From: Eledone cirrhosa | Taxonomy: Eukaryota | Length of the DNA stretch: 64,000 nt | Direction of reading: 5' to 3' | NCBI GenBank assembly: GCA_964016885.1 | Contig: OZ024740.1 | Coordinates: forward strand, 293,322,001 to 293,386,000 | In this document: piece by piece, positions 23,300 to 36,192 of the stretch | Numbering within the stretch: position 1 is the first letter of the stretch | Layout of the letters: every line of letters begins with the position of its first letter | Notes under the pieces: model-generated | What the model saw: the letters and a program-made list of their open reading frames with translations, nothing else | Told to the model about the DNA's origin: nothing | The model's database searches: none | Position numbers and translations under genes: made by a program

Positions 23300-26005
23300 T
23301 CATGCCACAGTCGGTTCCCACCCGAAATACGAGACCTTTATTTGGTGCCTGCATTTTATGACTGATTCGGCTCTGCTGTTTATGAGTTCAAGGGATATTT
23401 TTATGATATAGTAAAGCTCCATGAGGCAAAGCTCGCACTTCCTCTTGAAATTGTAGGGTGCAGCCCTGCTGACAATCTCCCAGTGTATCGAGAAGCTGAT
23501 GTTGGCGTCTTTTAATGTAGTGACGTAATTGGCAAGTGACGTGGAGTGTCATAGTTTTTTGTTCCTAAAAGAGTGGAGATGTGTTCGAAATCTCGTTTTG
23601 AACTGGCCAGAGGTGGCCCCTATATAGTGTTTAACTCTGTTATGGCTAGTTATGATGCACCTATAAATAACATTATCAGTCAGGCAGTTTCCCCCGAGAG
23701 GGCAGCTTCCTCTGTCACGGCAGTTGCATTTTCTGTCACAGTCGCTCCTAGTTCCTGAAGTAAAGCTATTACTATTGCTACCTATGTTGTCATCTACGCC
23801 TCTATCTCGGTCATTGGTACTGTTATATCTCAAGGTGTGCGGGGTAGTACCATTATCCCTCCGCACATCGCAGCCCGTTCCGTTACCGGTGGGTGACCGG
23901 TGCAGGTCACCAGCATACTCACCAGTCTCGCCTTGGTTATGTCGGTTTCGTCTGTTGGGGCTGCCACCAGCACTATTGGGTGTTGCAAGGGAGACGTTAA
24001 GGCTATTAGTGTTGCTGTCGGGTCTAGATGTATCCGTGCTAAGGTGCCGTGTTTTGGTAATCTTACTCTGATTAGTTGCTCCTATGATGTCTGCTAGATT
24101 GGGGGTGGTAGAGAAGGATATTTTAATATTGTTTTTATTAAGTACTTTCCTGTAATAATGACTGGGAGGGAAGTTCTTCTCTAAGGCTTCGAAGAATATC
24201 CTCGGTAGGTCGGAGGCCACACTCCGAGAGTAGGGAGGGTGGAACCATAGGACATTACGGTGGCGTTTCCGCTTCTCCGCGGGTTTGATACGGGTTGTGC
24301 TTCCTAGTTGACTATACTTATGGTTGTTACTGTGCTGTAGCCGGTTATGCATCCCCTTCGCTTTATGTTCAGGTGGCCGCGCCTTCTTTCCGTTATTTTT
24401 ATGTGTAGCTAGACGCCGGTTGGAGGGCGTTGGTAATAGGCCACCGCCATTGCTAATCTTATAGTTAGGGAATAATTCTAGCAGGCTACAGCGGCTAGCG
24501 TTACCAATCTGGTGACCCTTATTGTGCTGTAGGTTATCTTGGCCGCCACTCATGCAATTAACTGTATGGCCAAGTTCCTTAGTGTGATTCTCTATACTAT
24601 TGTTCTTGACTCTGTCGTAGCCGCAGCGTACTCGGTTATAGGTATGGCTTACTATAACATTAGTCCCATGATCGGAGTGGTTTCCAGAGCTAGCGTTAAG
24701 GATATAGGAGATTCTCCGGTTAAATCCGGCATTTAGCAAGGTCTTATTGTAGTATTCGGCCGCTTGGTTGAAGATATCCTCATTGGCGGAGAGCCTCGAG
24801 ATCCTATGGGATATGCTATACACTATGGAGTTGAGAGTAGACTTAGGGTGGTTAGATGCATAGTTTATATAAGACAGAATCTTGCTGGGCTTATGGTATG
24901 GCTTGTATAGGCCCGTACTCAACTCCATGGTCACGTCCAGAAAGTTGACTATCTGGTGGTTGAGGTCCATAGTCATGGATAGGCCATATGACTTGAAGAA
25001 CCTGTCTATGCGCTTGTTAAGGTTCTCTAGCCTGCGAGGGCTATGGTTTCTAACAGTAAATAGAGCATCGTCCCTATATACACCTCCTTGTTGGGCTGGT
25101 ATTTCGTCCCTAAGTCTATTGAGTATGTATATACCGACAAGGTCGGTCATTTGCTCCGAGTCACTGGACCCCATCGCGATATCGAAGTTATCAGGACGGT
25201 TGGTTCTGGTCCAATAAGAAAGAGCCTTCAAACTGGATAATAGTTCTACGCGCTGCAAGCACTATATCTATCTCTTTTTAGTGAGGCTAGTATTAGACTT
25301 AGCTAAGATAAGTGCCTTATTTAAGAGTATGGGGGAGATTGAGGCGTAGTAGCTGTCTATGTCAAACTGGATGAACTTCAGAGTTGTTTTATAAGGTAAC
25401 TCTGTAAACCAATTAATGACCTGGTCGGTGTTGCTCCAGAGACAGACCTTGGCTTTGCTATTAAGTTCTAGTAGTACTCTATCGAGGATCACTTAACTAA
25501 TCTTACCTATATCCGATGTAGAGGGGCATATTAATCTAATAGAGGGGTTTTCATTAAAGTTACATTTGTGATCCTTAAGAGAGAATCTAGGTGTCATAGG
25601 GACATATGGGTTGGTGTACTTGTCTATGTCTAAGCTAGTAACTATATCCTTCCCTACCCTATTTATGTCATTTAAAGTACTAATGGGTGTTTTTTTTAAT
25701 AATTTTTGTGTAGTTCTTTATAAATGAATTGTTTGTACTTGCTCACGTCCATCTTATACAGCTTCTTGGTTTTGTCAGAGGTAACGAAGAGGTGTGGGTC
25801 ATTCTTGATCTTGGTAATGAGTGCGTCCAGGGATGTTAAGAATGGATTACTGCATTGGCGTTTATTCTCAAACTTGATGTTTCTGATCAGTTTCAGCAAC
25901 TCCTCCTCAAAGGTGTCCAGCAGGGTGTTGTGCGGTGGGTTTCGGTACGTTTTGAAGCCGTATCTCTCTTTCGGTTCTGGAAGGTTACGGGTGTCCTTAT
26001 CAAGG
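23300..26005 (-). pseudogene. Penelope-like element ORF, Naiad-type RT plus C-terminal GIY-YIG (frameshifts; internal TGA at 23549-23551)
   Basis: YGFKT..PP..FE, FVTSDKT, FIQFDIDSYY, AMGS, YRDD, NFLDV, WFHPPYS, CNCR..CPLGGNCL, VIY..YIG. Past the TGA: CELCLME..NSRAE..KCRH, with the stop at 23300-23302. Confidence 0.85.
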
Positions 26006-26174
26006 TATATATATATATAAATGTTGAGTATATGTTGATTGTTTACCGAAACCTCAGTATGCAGACTGGAGCACTCGACGAAGTACGTAGGTTGGTTTGT
26101 TTACTCCGGAGTACTGTAAAATAATTAAGTCAAATATGTAAAATTCGGCTTCGTTTATTACAAATTATAGATAT

Positions 26175-26229
26175 ACTGCTATATATATTTCGGTGACAGC
26201 CATCATTGGCTGTGACCTCTTCAAGCAGT
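26175..26229 (-). ncRNA. Type I hammerhead ribozyme (U3 variant) in a short element upstream of the Naiad-type ORF
   Basis: ACUGC-UUGAAGA-GGU.ACAGCCA/UGGCUGU.ACC-GAAA-UAUAUAUA-GCAGU. Enclosed by a ~23-bp IR (26118-26140 and ~26309-26330). Confidence 0.72.
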
Positions 26230-26544
26230 CCGAATTGGTGTGGGAAGGACAGGCACACATGTTGTTGAAATGTGTTTTACTCCGCCAATCCCAATTCAAC
26301 ATGTGTACTACATATTTGACTTAATTATTTTATATATATATATATATATATGAAAACAAGGAGAAAAAGACGATTATTAGGAAGAAAAATATTTGTTTCC
26401 CTTTTTATTTATTTCTCTCTTTTTTCTGGGTTAGAAAATGATTAAAACGAAATATTTTACTTTGTGTGAAGTGTTAAGGTATTAGTTGATTTATTTATTA
26501 ATTAACAATGGCATTTATATAATATATATATATAAATTTTTAAT

Positions 26545-26656
26545 TTTTTTAATTTTTAATTTTTAATTTTTAATTTTTAATTTTTAATTTTTAATTTTTA
26601 ATTTTTAATTTTTAATTTTTAATTTTTAATTTTTAATTTTTAATTTTTAATTTTTA
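26545..26656. repeat. (TTTTTAA)n heptamer array
   Basis: Direct reading. Confidence 0.9.
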
Positions 26657-26962
26657 GGTTTTAAAATTTTTTTATTTTCTTTTAATTATTTTTAAATATT
26701 TTAAAATATTTTTACTTATATTCTCGTAATTTTTAAATGTTTTAATTCCTTTAAAAAAATGTTAAAGTTTTTTTAAGTATTTTTAATTACTTCCAATTAT
26801 TTTTACTTACTTTTAAGTATTATTTTTAAATTATTTTTCTTAAAATTCTTCTTTTTTTATATATATTTTATTTATCTTTAAGTGCTTAAGATTGCTTTTG
26901 TTTGCCTTCACATGCCCCATTCTCTTGTGGGAAAATCTGCCTGTGTTTATTATATTATCATG

Positions 26963-27447
26963 TATTATCATGGTTTGTTATAATGTTGACCATTAAACCC
27001 AGTACACATTCTCTCCATCCGTCTCATATCCAATCTCCCTCATGCTATCCTGTACAGTTTCTCTATTGTTCTGGTGACTAAGGTTGGTAGAGCTTATATT
27101 CAGCACTATATTTTTATTGATTACGTTCTGAGGATTCCTGCCCCACGGTATGGATGAAACATTGTTAGCGATTAAAAATTGTATAAGTATGCAGGCGTTC
27201 TTTGATTTATTTTATATATATATATGTTTTATATATATATGTTTTATATATATATGTTTCATCCATACCGTGGGGCAGGAATCCTCAGAGCGTAATCAAT
27301 AAAAATATAGTGCTGAATATAAGCTCTACCAAGCTTAGTCACCAGAACAATAGAGAAACTGTACAGGATAGCATGAGGGAGATTGGATATGAGAAGAATG
27401 GAGAGAATGCGTACTGGGTTTAATGGTCAACATTATAACAAACCATG

Positions 27448-27453
<6 letters not shown>
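26963..27453. mobile_element. ~200-bp inverted repeat with convergent hammerhead halves (complete HHR 27124-27170 on +)
   Basis: Arms 26963-27162 and 27254-27453. CG(U/C)U-CUGAGGA-UCC.UGCC/GGUA.GGA-GAAA-CAUUG-UU-AGCG. Confidence 0.8.
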
Positions 27454-27514
<61 letters not shown>

Positions 27515-27568
27515 CGGCGATGAATTAGTTTTGCGAGGTTTTTGATATGAAATCGTGTGTCGAAACAA

Positions 27569-28295
<727 letters not shown>

Positions 28296-28385
28296 AGTAT
28301 ATCTACCATTCTTTTCCATTCACTGAATTATTTTTGTTTGAGATCCCTGTGTCCGTCTATCGCCTGGGACCTTAGCAGAGAATTG

Positions 28386-28463
28386 ACTCCCTGATGAAGA
28401 AAGGAATTATCCATAGCTTTGAACACTATGTATATCCCCTTTCAGAAACTAATTAGTTGGAGT
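28386..28463 (+). ncRNA. Type I hammerhead ribozyme (CTAATTAG family) in element 28291-28520
   Basis: ACUCC-CUGAUGA-GAAAGG../CCUUUC-GAAA-CUAAUUAG-UU-GGAGU. Confidence 0.82.
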
Positions 28464-28511
28464 GAAACTTAAGTAAGTAAGTTAATTATTATAATTTTCT
28501 TATTTTACGTC

Positions 28512-28581
<70 letters not shown>

Positions 28582-28769
28582 TAACATTGCATTAATTCCC
28601 CCTTCCCCACCCCAATGTATATGTTAACTCAAATACTTGAGTAGATGTGTATACATATATGTGTGTGTAGATGTGTTTGCATGTATGTCTGTAGGTGTAC
28701 AGGTGGACAGGTATGTGTATGTGTGCATGTGTGTGTGTGTGTATATGTGTATTTATGTGCGTGTGTATG

Positions 28770-28812
<43 letters not shown>

Positions 28813-29341
28813 ATATATATGTGTGTGTGTATAAGTGTATATATATGTGTGTGTATATGCGTGTGTATGTGTGTGCGTGTGTGTATGTGTCTGTGTGTAT
28901 GTCTTCAATATATATGGGCTGTAAGTATATTTACATATAGGGAAGTGAATATGTGATCTAGCCTATCCCCCACCCCACACTTCCCCTCCCAAACCAATAT
29001 CAACAACATACATTTCTGACAAATATTTCAAAACTATCTTTATTCTTCTCTTTGCTGTCATCCCATTCTTACACCTCATGAACCCCACCACCACCAGACA
29101 CACACCCAAATTCATCTTTAATATAGAAAATTGTTGAAGGTATTCTTTATAAATTTAAGATAGTTGATTCAGAAACGAATTTGAAAAACATCCTGCCATT
29201 ATATTCATCAAAGGTCATTTATTGAAATGGAACCAGCAGGAAAGCACTTTTACAACCCCTTTCTTAAACACTCTTTAAAAACAACAACACTCCCAACCCA
29301 TTATCTTGCTGTCACCATTCACCCTTTTCTGTGTTTATATG

Positions 29342-29466
<125 letters not shown>

Positions 29467-29760
29467 CTGTATGCTTTAATTCCTTTAAATCTTCATCAAC
29501 TCTCCTTCACTCCCACACTGCACTCCACCCCCAGACATCAAAATCCCTCTTATATATATAGTCACACATCACAACACTACCTGATCTCAGTTTGACCATC
29601 GCCACAGACGAATGCGAGAAAATTCTCCAGGAATTTTTAAAAATCTTCCCACCGAAGGTAACAAAGAACTTACTAGATCTACCAACTCATAATATTGTAA
29701 TATTATAAAATTAAATCAAATTGTTTGGAACTACAAGTGAAGTCATTCTTTTCGTTTTTT

Positions 29761-29819
<59 letters not shown>

Positions 29820-30359
29820 ATTGGTTTTAGTGAATGAGAGAAAAGGTGCTCAGTATGATAAAAGCAAGTAGTACGTTTCCCTGTCACTATGGGGGCTAGT
29901 TCCCTAGGCATGAAAAATTTGCTCGTTGGAAAAACAGTCATGATTTTGATGGCAGATAGGCGGAGACAAACATAAAAATTTCGAAAAAATGAGCAGGACC
30001 AGTGTAGTAATGTATATATCCATATATGGTGATTCCTGTATTTTCTTTTATCGAATTTTTCTTGATCAAGGCTGACTTGGCGCAAATGACAATCCCTTCT
30101 AAGTATATCGCGTAGCTAAGATTAACCACCGTTTATGCCATTCAATAAATGTCCTGCTACGATTGCTTTTAATCACAAGCTAATTATAGAAATACACTTA
30201 ATACACTAAACAACCCCTTTGGTTTGGGTCGATTAATAATCAATCAATTGCATCTAATGCATTTTATTGATATTCGATTAATATTTCAATAATATAATGT
30301 ATTTTTATATATACATGTGGTCATTAATTAATATATCAAAGGTTTCAAATGTATTGCAA

Positions 30360-30480
30360 GTAGGCACGATTGTGTTGTGGTTTAGAAGTTCGCTTCGCAA
30401 ACTTGTAGTTCTAGATTCGATCCTACTGCACTGTTCGGGATCTTAGGCAAATGTTCTTTACCTACATTTCGGGTTGACTA
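30360..30480 (+). mobile_element. Degenerate tRNA-derived SINE head
   Basis: A/B-box-like GTGGTTTAGAAGTTCGCTTCGC..GATTCGATCC followed by a CORE-like GGCAAATGTTCTT. Confidence 0.5.
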
Positions 30481-30503
30481 ATATATATAGGAAAATGTTC
30501 AAG

Positions 30504-30598
30504 ACCCCAACGGCAGAGCTCAAGCCGTTTCGACGGCTATTTCTGAACTAAATTAGAATTTTTAGCGTGGTAATAAATAGCCGAACTTTTCAAGGGGT
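30504..30598 (-). ncRNA. Type I hammerhead ribozyme with U3-A8 core variant, in element 30489-31032
   Basis: ACCCC-UUGAAAA-G..CGGCUAUUU/AAAUAGCCG..C-GAAA-CGGC-loop(GAGCUC)-GCCG-UU-GGGGU. Confidence 0.78.
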
Positions 30599-31035
30599 AA
30601 TTCTTTATATGGGAAGATTGTAGTTGTCAAAGGAATTGGTCAGAATTGCTTGTAAACACAATTAAATCTTTCATGGAGGTGGGTGGGTGGTGGCGCTGGC
30701 TGAACTTGCCTGTAGAACAATAAGGGAGTGAATGGAACCGGTCAAGCGTTGAAAGTGAATTCTATACAGCAAATTCTAAGGAGTGTGTAAAAAATTATAC
30801 TAGCTATAAAGCAGGCAAAAAAGGGATTCTGGAGGAATAGGAGAGTGGGAATTTATAAAATTAAAAGGTTAATAAATTGAGATTAAAAAATAAAAATAAT
30901 AATAATAATAAAAAATTAAATAATAAAAAAAAAAAAAAATAATAAAAATATTATCATCCACTCTACTACCCTAAGTATTGAGTACTCTGGTGCGTTATGG
31001 TCCATCTGGTTCCTTACCACACTTCCTTCGTTATT

Positions 31036-31215
31036 TGGCAGTATCGGTAGAGGGTCGGACGCCATGCTTTGACGCATAGAGTTACGGCCCTTGCCATTCT
31101 GAGTTCAAATCCCGCCGAGGTTATCTTTGTCTTTCATCCTTACGGGGTGGATAAAATAAAGTACCAGTAATGCACTGATATAATTGCTGGCCTTATGCCA
31201 AAAGTAGAAACAGTT
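31036..31215 (+). mobile_element. tRNA-derived SINE
   Basis: Close match to 16432-16610. Confidence 0.85.
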
Positions 31216-31730
31216 ATATATATCCTGCCACGTGGCCTACCATTCACAACCTTTTACTTTGACCGCTGGCCACGTGATGATTCTTACCCATTTTGAATTC
31301 ATTTCTGGCGGCGATCACTGTAGAAATTTTAGTCCAAACTTGAGGGAGTCTCTTGATAAGCTCTAAACATCATGGATAAATCCAGGATTTGACATATCCA
31401 CAAAGTACGAGCGAATCTATCAATAGTCGGGAGTAGAGGAATTTTGGTAAAGTTTATATGCATTTTTCCTTCAAACTTAGATTTTAGACTTAGCTCCGTT
31501 TAATTAATTATTTGTCTAGTTAATTTCTACGGGCTAAGAAGAAAGACTGGGTAAATTTTATCTGACTGTTCCTCGCGGGGGGATAGTCTGTGTCATTTGT
31601 CTGTTATTTCTGAGAAGTTACATTTTAAACATAGCTCTGTTTAAATGATTATTTATCTAGTTGATTTCTACGGACTAGGGTGAAGAAAGATTGGGTATAT
31701 TTTATCTAACTGTTCTCAAACTTGCAATTT

Positions 31731-31822
<92 letters not shown>

Positions 31823-31823
31823 C

Positions 31824-31920
<97 letters not shown>

Positions 31921-31969
31921 GTTAAGGTATATTATCCTTGGTCATGTCAAATATTTATAAAACATTTTG

Positions 31970-32031
31970 TATTTTATCTGATGATAGCGTACCAAAATTT
32001 TTGGTACCCTTGAAATATATATAATAGAATA
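31970..32031 (+). ncRNA. Type I hammerhead ribozyme, same family as 18261-18326
   Basis: Compensatory stem II change CACCA/UGGUG to UACCA/UGGUA. Lies in element 31918-32077 between (TA)n tracts. Confidence 0.78.
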
Positions 32032-32091
32032 AATATGGTTTTATAAATATAGTTTCCATTTATTTAATATCATTGTATATATATATATATA

Positions 32092-32572
32092 TACTAAGAC
32101 AAAACCTATATATTTGCTAGCATAGGTATGCATCTGTATATATATGTTGGTAGATATACTAATTCTTTATAATTATCTCCAAATTATTTTGTTGAGCAAA
32201 GATTTGCCAAAACTGCTACTATAGTTCATAGTAATAACCTGGCTACTGTCTTTTTAACACCCCACTCCTCACTGATTAACCTCGATGTCACGTGATTGAT
32301 TGTTTTGAATTTGCCACTGACCAAGTAGGCAGTGATTTTTTCAATGTCTTGGAATTTAGTCCACGCTTGCTTTTTTCCATCCACTGAATTACTTTTGTAT
32401 AAGTTCCCTGCGTCCACGCATCGCCTGTGATCTTAGCTGAGAATGACTTCCTGATGACGAAATGGTTTCTCCATGCTTTCCATTTGGAAACCATGTTTAT
32501 TCCCTTTCAGAAACTAATTAGTTGGAGTGAAATTTTAGTAAGTTAATTTTTATAATTTTCTTATATTACGTC

Positions 32573-32581
<9 letters not shown>
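32092..32581 (+). mobile_element. ~490-bp non-coding element with hammerhead at 32446-32528 (CTAATTAG family), in (TA)n
   Basis: ACUUC-CUGAUGA..GAAA-CUAAUUAG-UU-GGAGU. The 3' 210 bp are homologous to 28308-28520. Confidence 0.8.
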
Positions 32582-32623
<42 letters not shown>

Positions 32624-32764
32624 CTTAGGTTAATAGGAGTTAGGTATTGTATACCCGTGTCCCATTAAGGTATTAGCAGCATAATAATTAGCTCTATGCT
32701 TTGGAGCAGAGCCGTATATATGATAAAGAACACAAGAGCGTCTACAACATCAAAAGATTTTTAT

Positions 32765-32813
32765 TGGCTTACAATGTTTCTTCCTTACGTAACCGTAGGA
32801 TTCGTCAGAGCTA
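32765..32813 (-). ncRNA. Type I hammerhead ribozyme motif
   Basis: GCU-CUGACGA-A-UCCUACG-GUUA-CGUAAGGA-A-GAAA-CAUUG-UA-AGC. Confidence 0.7.
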
Positions 32814-33720
32814 TAAAATGGGTTTGATTGGTGTTATGGACTCTACCAACCAAACATTCAAGAACAAAGAGTAAAGAGAGTAAAGAGCAAAATTAGGGGA
32901 CGATAAGTCTAATTTTGGTGCGGGAGGGTGGGGTGTGGGTCCTTGTTTACTAGCTGCGGTCATATTCATTCCCGGGAGTCGAGTGGTTAGCTGAACCATA
33001 GATGGGGTGGCGTCGATAGTATGGTGCAGAGGGTGTGCAGAGGCTACACAAACACAAAGGGCATACAATATATATATATATATATAACGGAGGAGAAAGT
33101 ACATGAGGTAATTAGAAATGGAAAAAGAGTAATAATAATAATCTATAATTAATAATGTATAATAAGGCATGGGGAAGATTACACTATAAGGTATAAAAGT
33201 AAGAATAAGGTAAAATATAAAGGAGGATAAAAGTGGAAATAATAAAGATAAAAAATATATATGTAGAAAAATATATAAAGAATATTTAAAGAAATATAAG
33301 CGAATATTTGGAGGGGAAAACACAATGTAAAAAAACCGATTTTTTCAAATAAAAATAAAAATATTATAATTATGGGGGGAGAAAACGGGATAGAGAAATA
33401 TGATCAAATATGATTAGTTGAGAGAATATAAGATGATAATAGTTATGTTAAGTTTATACATCTTAATAATAAATAATCTGTGTATCAAAGTTACAGAACC
33501 TTCAATTCACTTACAGGTTCAAGCCACGTGGCATAGTCCATTGTTTATCTGTGCGGTCATGCGCGTTTGTTTTTGACACCACAGCAGATGCACAAGTTCG
33601 TAAATTCCAATGCAGATAGAAATCTATTTTTGCTCACCCGGGCATTGACGGAGGATCCAATATTCCTAGTTCAATATGTGTGTGGTGTTATTTTGGTCGC
33701 ACAAATCAATCACTTGGTTC

Positions 33721-33775
<55 letters not shown>

Positions 33776-33821
33776 TATATATATATATATATATAATATT
33801 ATATATATATATATATATATA

Positions 33822-33909
<88 letters not shown>

Positions 33910-34132
33910 CATATATATATATGAGCAAACATCAGGAGCGCTCTGTCTCAAAATATTTTTGAAAAGCATTAGAAATGCGCAACCGGTAAAAATTTAAACT
34001 AAAACTGAATACTAACCAATACTTATTACTAATTTATACTTATTCCTAATTAAACTATTTTTCACTTGGAAAAATTTGTCAGCATTTTCTTTTCCTTTTT
34101 ACTAATATATCACAACTCGTGTGTCACACCTC

Positions 34133-34213
<81 letters not shown>

Positions 34214-34479
34214 CACACACCTCTCCACCCAATTCTTTTTATCCCAATAACTTATTTTAGTTATTGTTCGCGCTAGCCTGAGGTATCTGGTCTTTAATGC
34301 GAAGAAATACCTATGATGGCTAGTAGATCACTGATGATGGAAAGTCCTATTTCTACTTCTCCATTTTAATTTGTATATCACATTTGCAACAACACAGCAC
34401 ACCATTTTTCATTCCTATATATCTATATATATATGTGTATGTATATATATATATATATAAATATAAGTATGTATACGTA

Positions 34480-35060
34480 CATACATATATGTATACAGAC
34501 GTACAGTAGTATGTATATACATACATACATGCACACATATATATATGTACGTATGGGTTTACCGAACATTTATTATAATGCTCGGTTTGTTTGTAAACAA
34601 ACAGCCCGAATTAAGCCGTACAGTGTTCGGCAACCATCGTTGCCGTTTTGTTCAACACTGACAAAGGAACGCTGAACTAGTTTCTAGCTTCTTAGATGTC
34701 ATCAGCACCGTATACCTTCCTGTCAATCGATTGAACGTCTGAAAGTATATACTTTCCTTATGCATATAACGGCTGAGCAGCCTAATTTGCATATCGAATG
34801 AGTTAATCGGCCGGGTGTACCGAAAACGATAAACGGGAAAAATAAAATTTCATTTCTTACTCTTAGTACGGCTGATACTTAAATATAAGTATGTATACAG
34901 ACGTACAGTAGTATGTATATACATACATACATGCACATATATATATATATGTACGTATGGGTTTACCGAACATTTATTATAATGCTCGGTTTGTTTGTAA
35001 ACAAACAGCCTGAATTAAGCCGTACAGTGTTTAGCAACCATCGTTGCCCTTTTGTTCAAA
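34480..35060 (-). repeat. Tandem hammerhead monomer family (1 full + 1 partial; period ~402 bp); HHR 34669-34711
   Basis: Homologous to 13940-14945. Core CUGAUGA; ATTTGCAT at 34785-34792. Confidence 0.85.
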
Positions 35061-35122
35061 AGTTAAAAAAAGAAAAAAGAAAAAAAGGAAAAGAGCAAGA
35101 AGAAAGTAAGAAATCGTGCTAA

Positions 35123-35260
<138 letters not shown>

Positions 35261-35309
35261 ACCGGTCTAATATATCTACTCTTTCTTTTGACAATATAGG
35301 TGCTATTCA

Positions 35310-35580
35310 GAGCTACAGAAAAGAGGCAAAACCAATGGAGCTGAGTGGAAGAACTCAAATTCCACCACTAAGTGCCTTTATGGACGACACCAATATCCTA
35401 GCACCCAAAGAGTCCGAGACACAGTAATCTACTCAGTCAACTTGATAACGTTATGAACTGGTGCCGGATGAAGTCCAGAAGCTTCTCTCTGGGGAAAGGT
35501 AAAGCCAGCCAATGAACCAGCTTTGATGTAGGCGACCAAAGAATCCTAACAGTATCAGAAAAGTCAGTGCAGAGTCTGTA
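35310..35580 (+). pseudogene. Hero/NeSL-like RLE LINE RT fragment
   Basis: IPPLSAFMDDTNIL ... MNWCRMK-SRSFSLGKGK. Confidence 0.55.
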
Positions 35581-35787
35581 CTACAGACTAATTAACCTTT
35601 ACTTGATATTAAACTGCTCCTTAATTTATCAAGCTGTACTAGACGGTCTTTTGGCTGCTATTTCACGCGACATTATAAGCCTGTCAAGTAGTTATAATAT
35701 ACTAGGAGATTTTGATAACAAAACACTATGCGTGTTTTATTCCACTATGCTGCCTCGGCAATCCACTCAATCTATTCATAACCAGCA

Positions 35788-36003
35788 AACTCTCCCCCTC
35801 TCTATATCAACCATACAACACTCTCTCCCAATCCCCCTCTCTCTATATTAATTACCACCAAACTCTCCCCCTCTATATATCAACTACACAGAACTTTCTT
35901 CCAACTCCCCTCTCTATATCAATTAAAACCAAACTCTCCTCCTCTCTATATCTAATATACAACACACTCTTCCAGCCTCCTCTCTATATCAATTACCACT
36001 TGA
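35788..36003. repeat. Three ~72-bp CT-rich tandem units (each a dimer containing CCTCTCTATATC)
   Basis: AACTCTCC starts near 35788, 35860 and 35932. Confidence 0.65.
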
Positions 36004-36192
36004 TATAGACGTGATTTACTTTGCTCCGGATTTTTGCGGATTGTTGTAAAAAAGAACTGTGAGTTTATTGATCAATTTAATAACATTGGTTTAGCCCCTT
36101 GCCTTGGCCGTCAGACGTTAAGTCAACAAATTTTCGCCCCTTTCTGGGGCGAAATTTTCAATTTTCATCTAAAAACTGTAGACTTGGTGCCA

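Noticed and set aside
23549-23551. In-frame TGA in the Naiad-type ORF as selenocysteine (some Naiads encode selenoproteins)
   Set aside because: The TGA is in KKL*HSTSL, not at a conserved Cys. All nearby Cys codons are intact and the copy has frameshifts, so CGA to TGA decay is simpler. No SECIS was recognised.
34325-34365. Additional hammerhead (CTGATGA plus hairpin)
   Set aside because: No GAAA or stem I/III follows; at most a truncated remnant.
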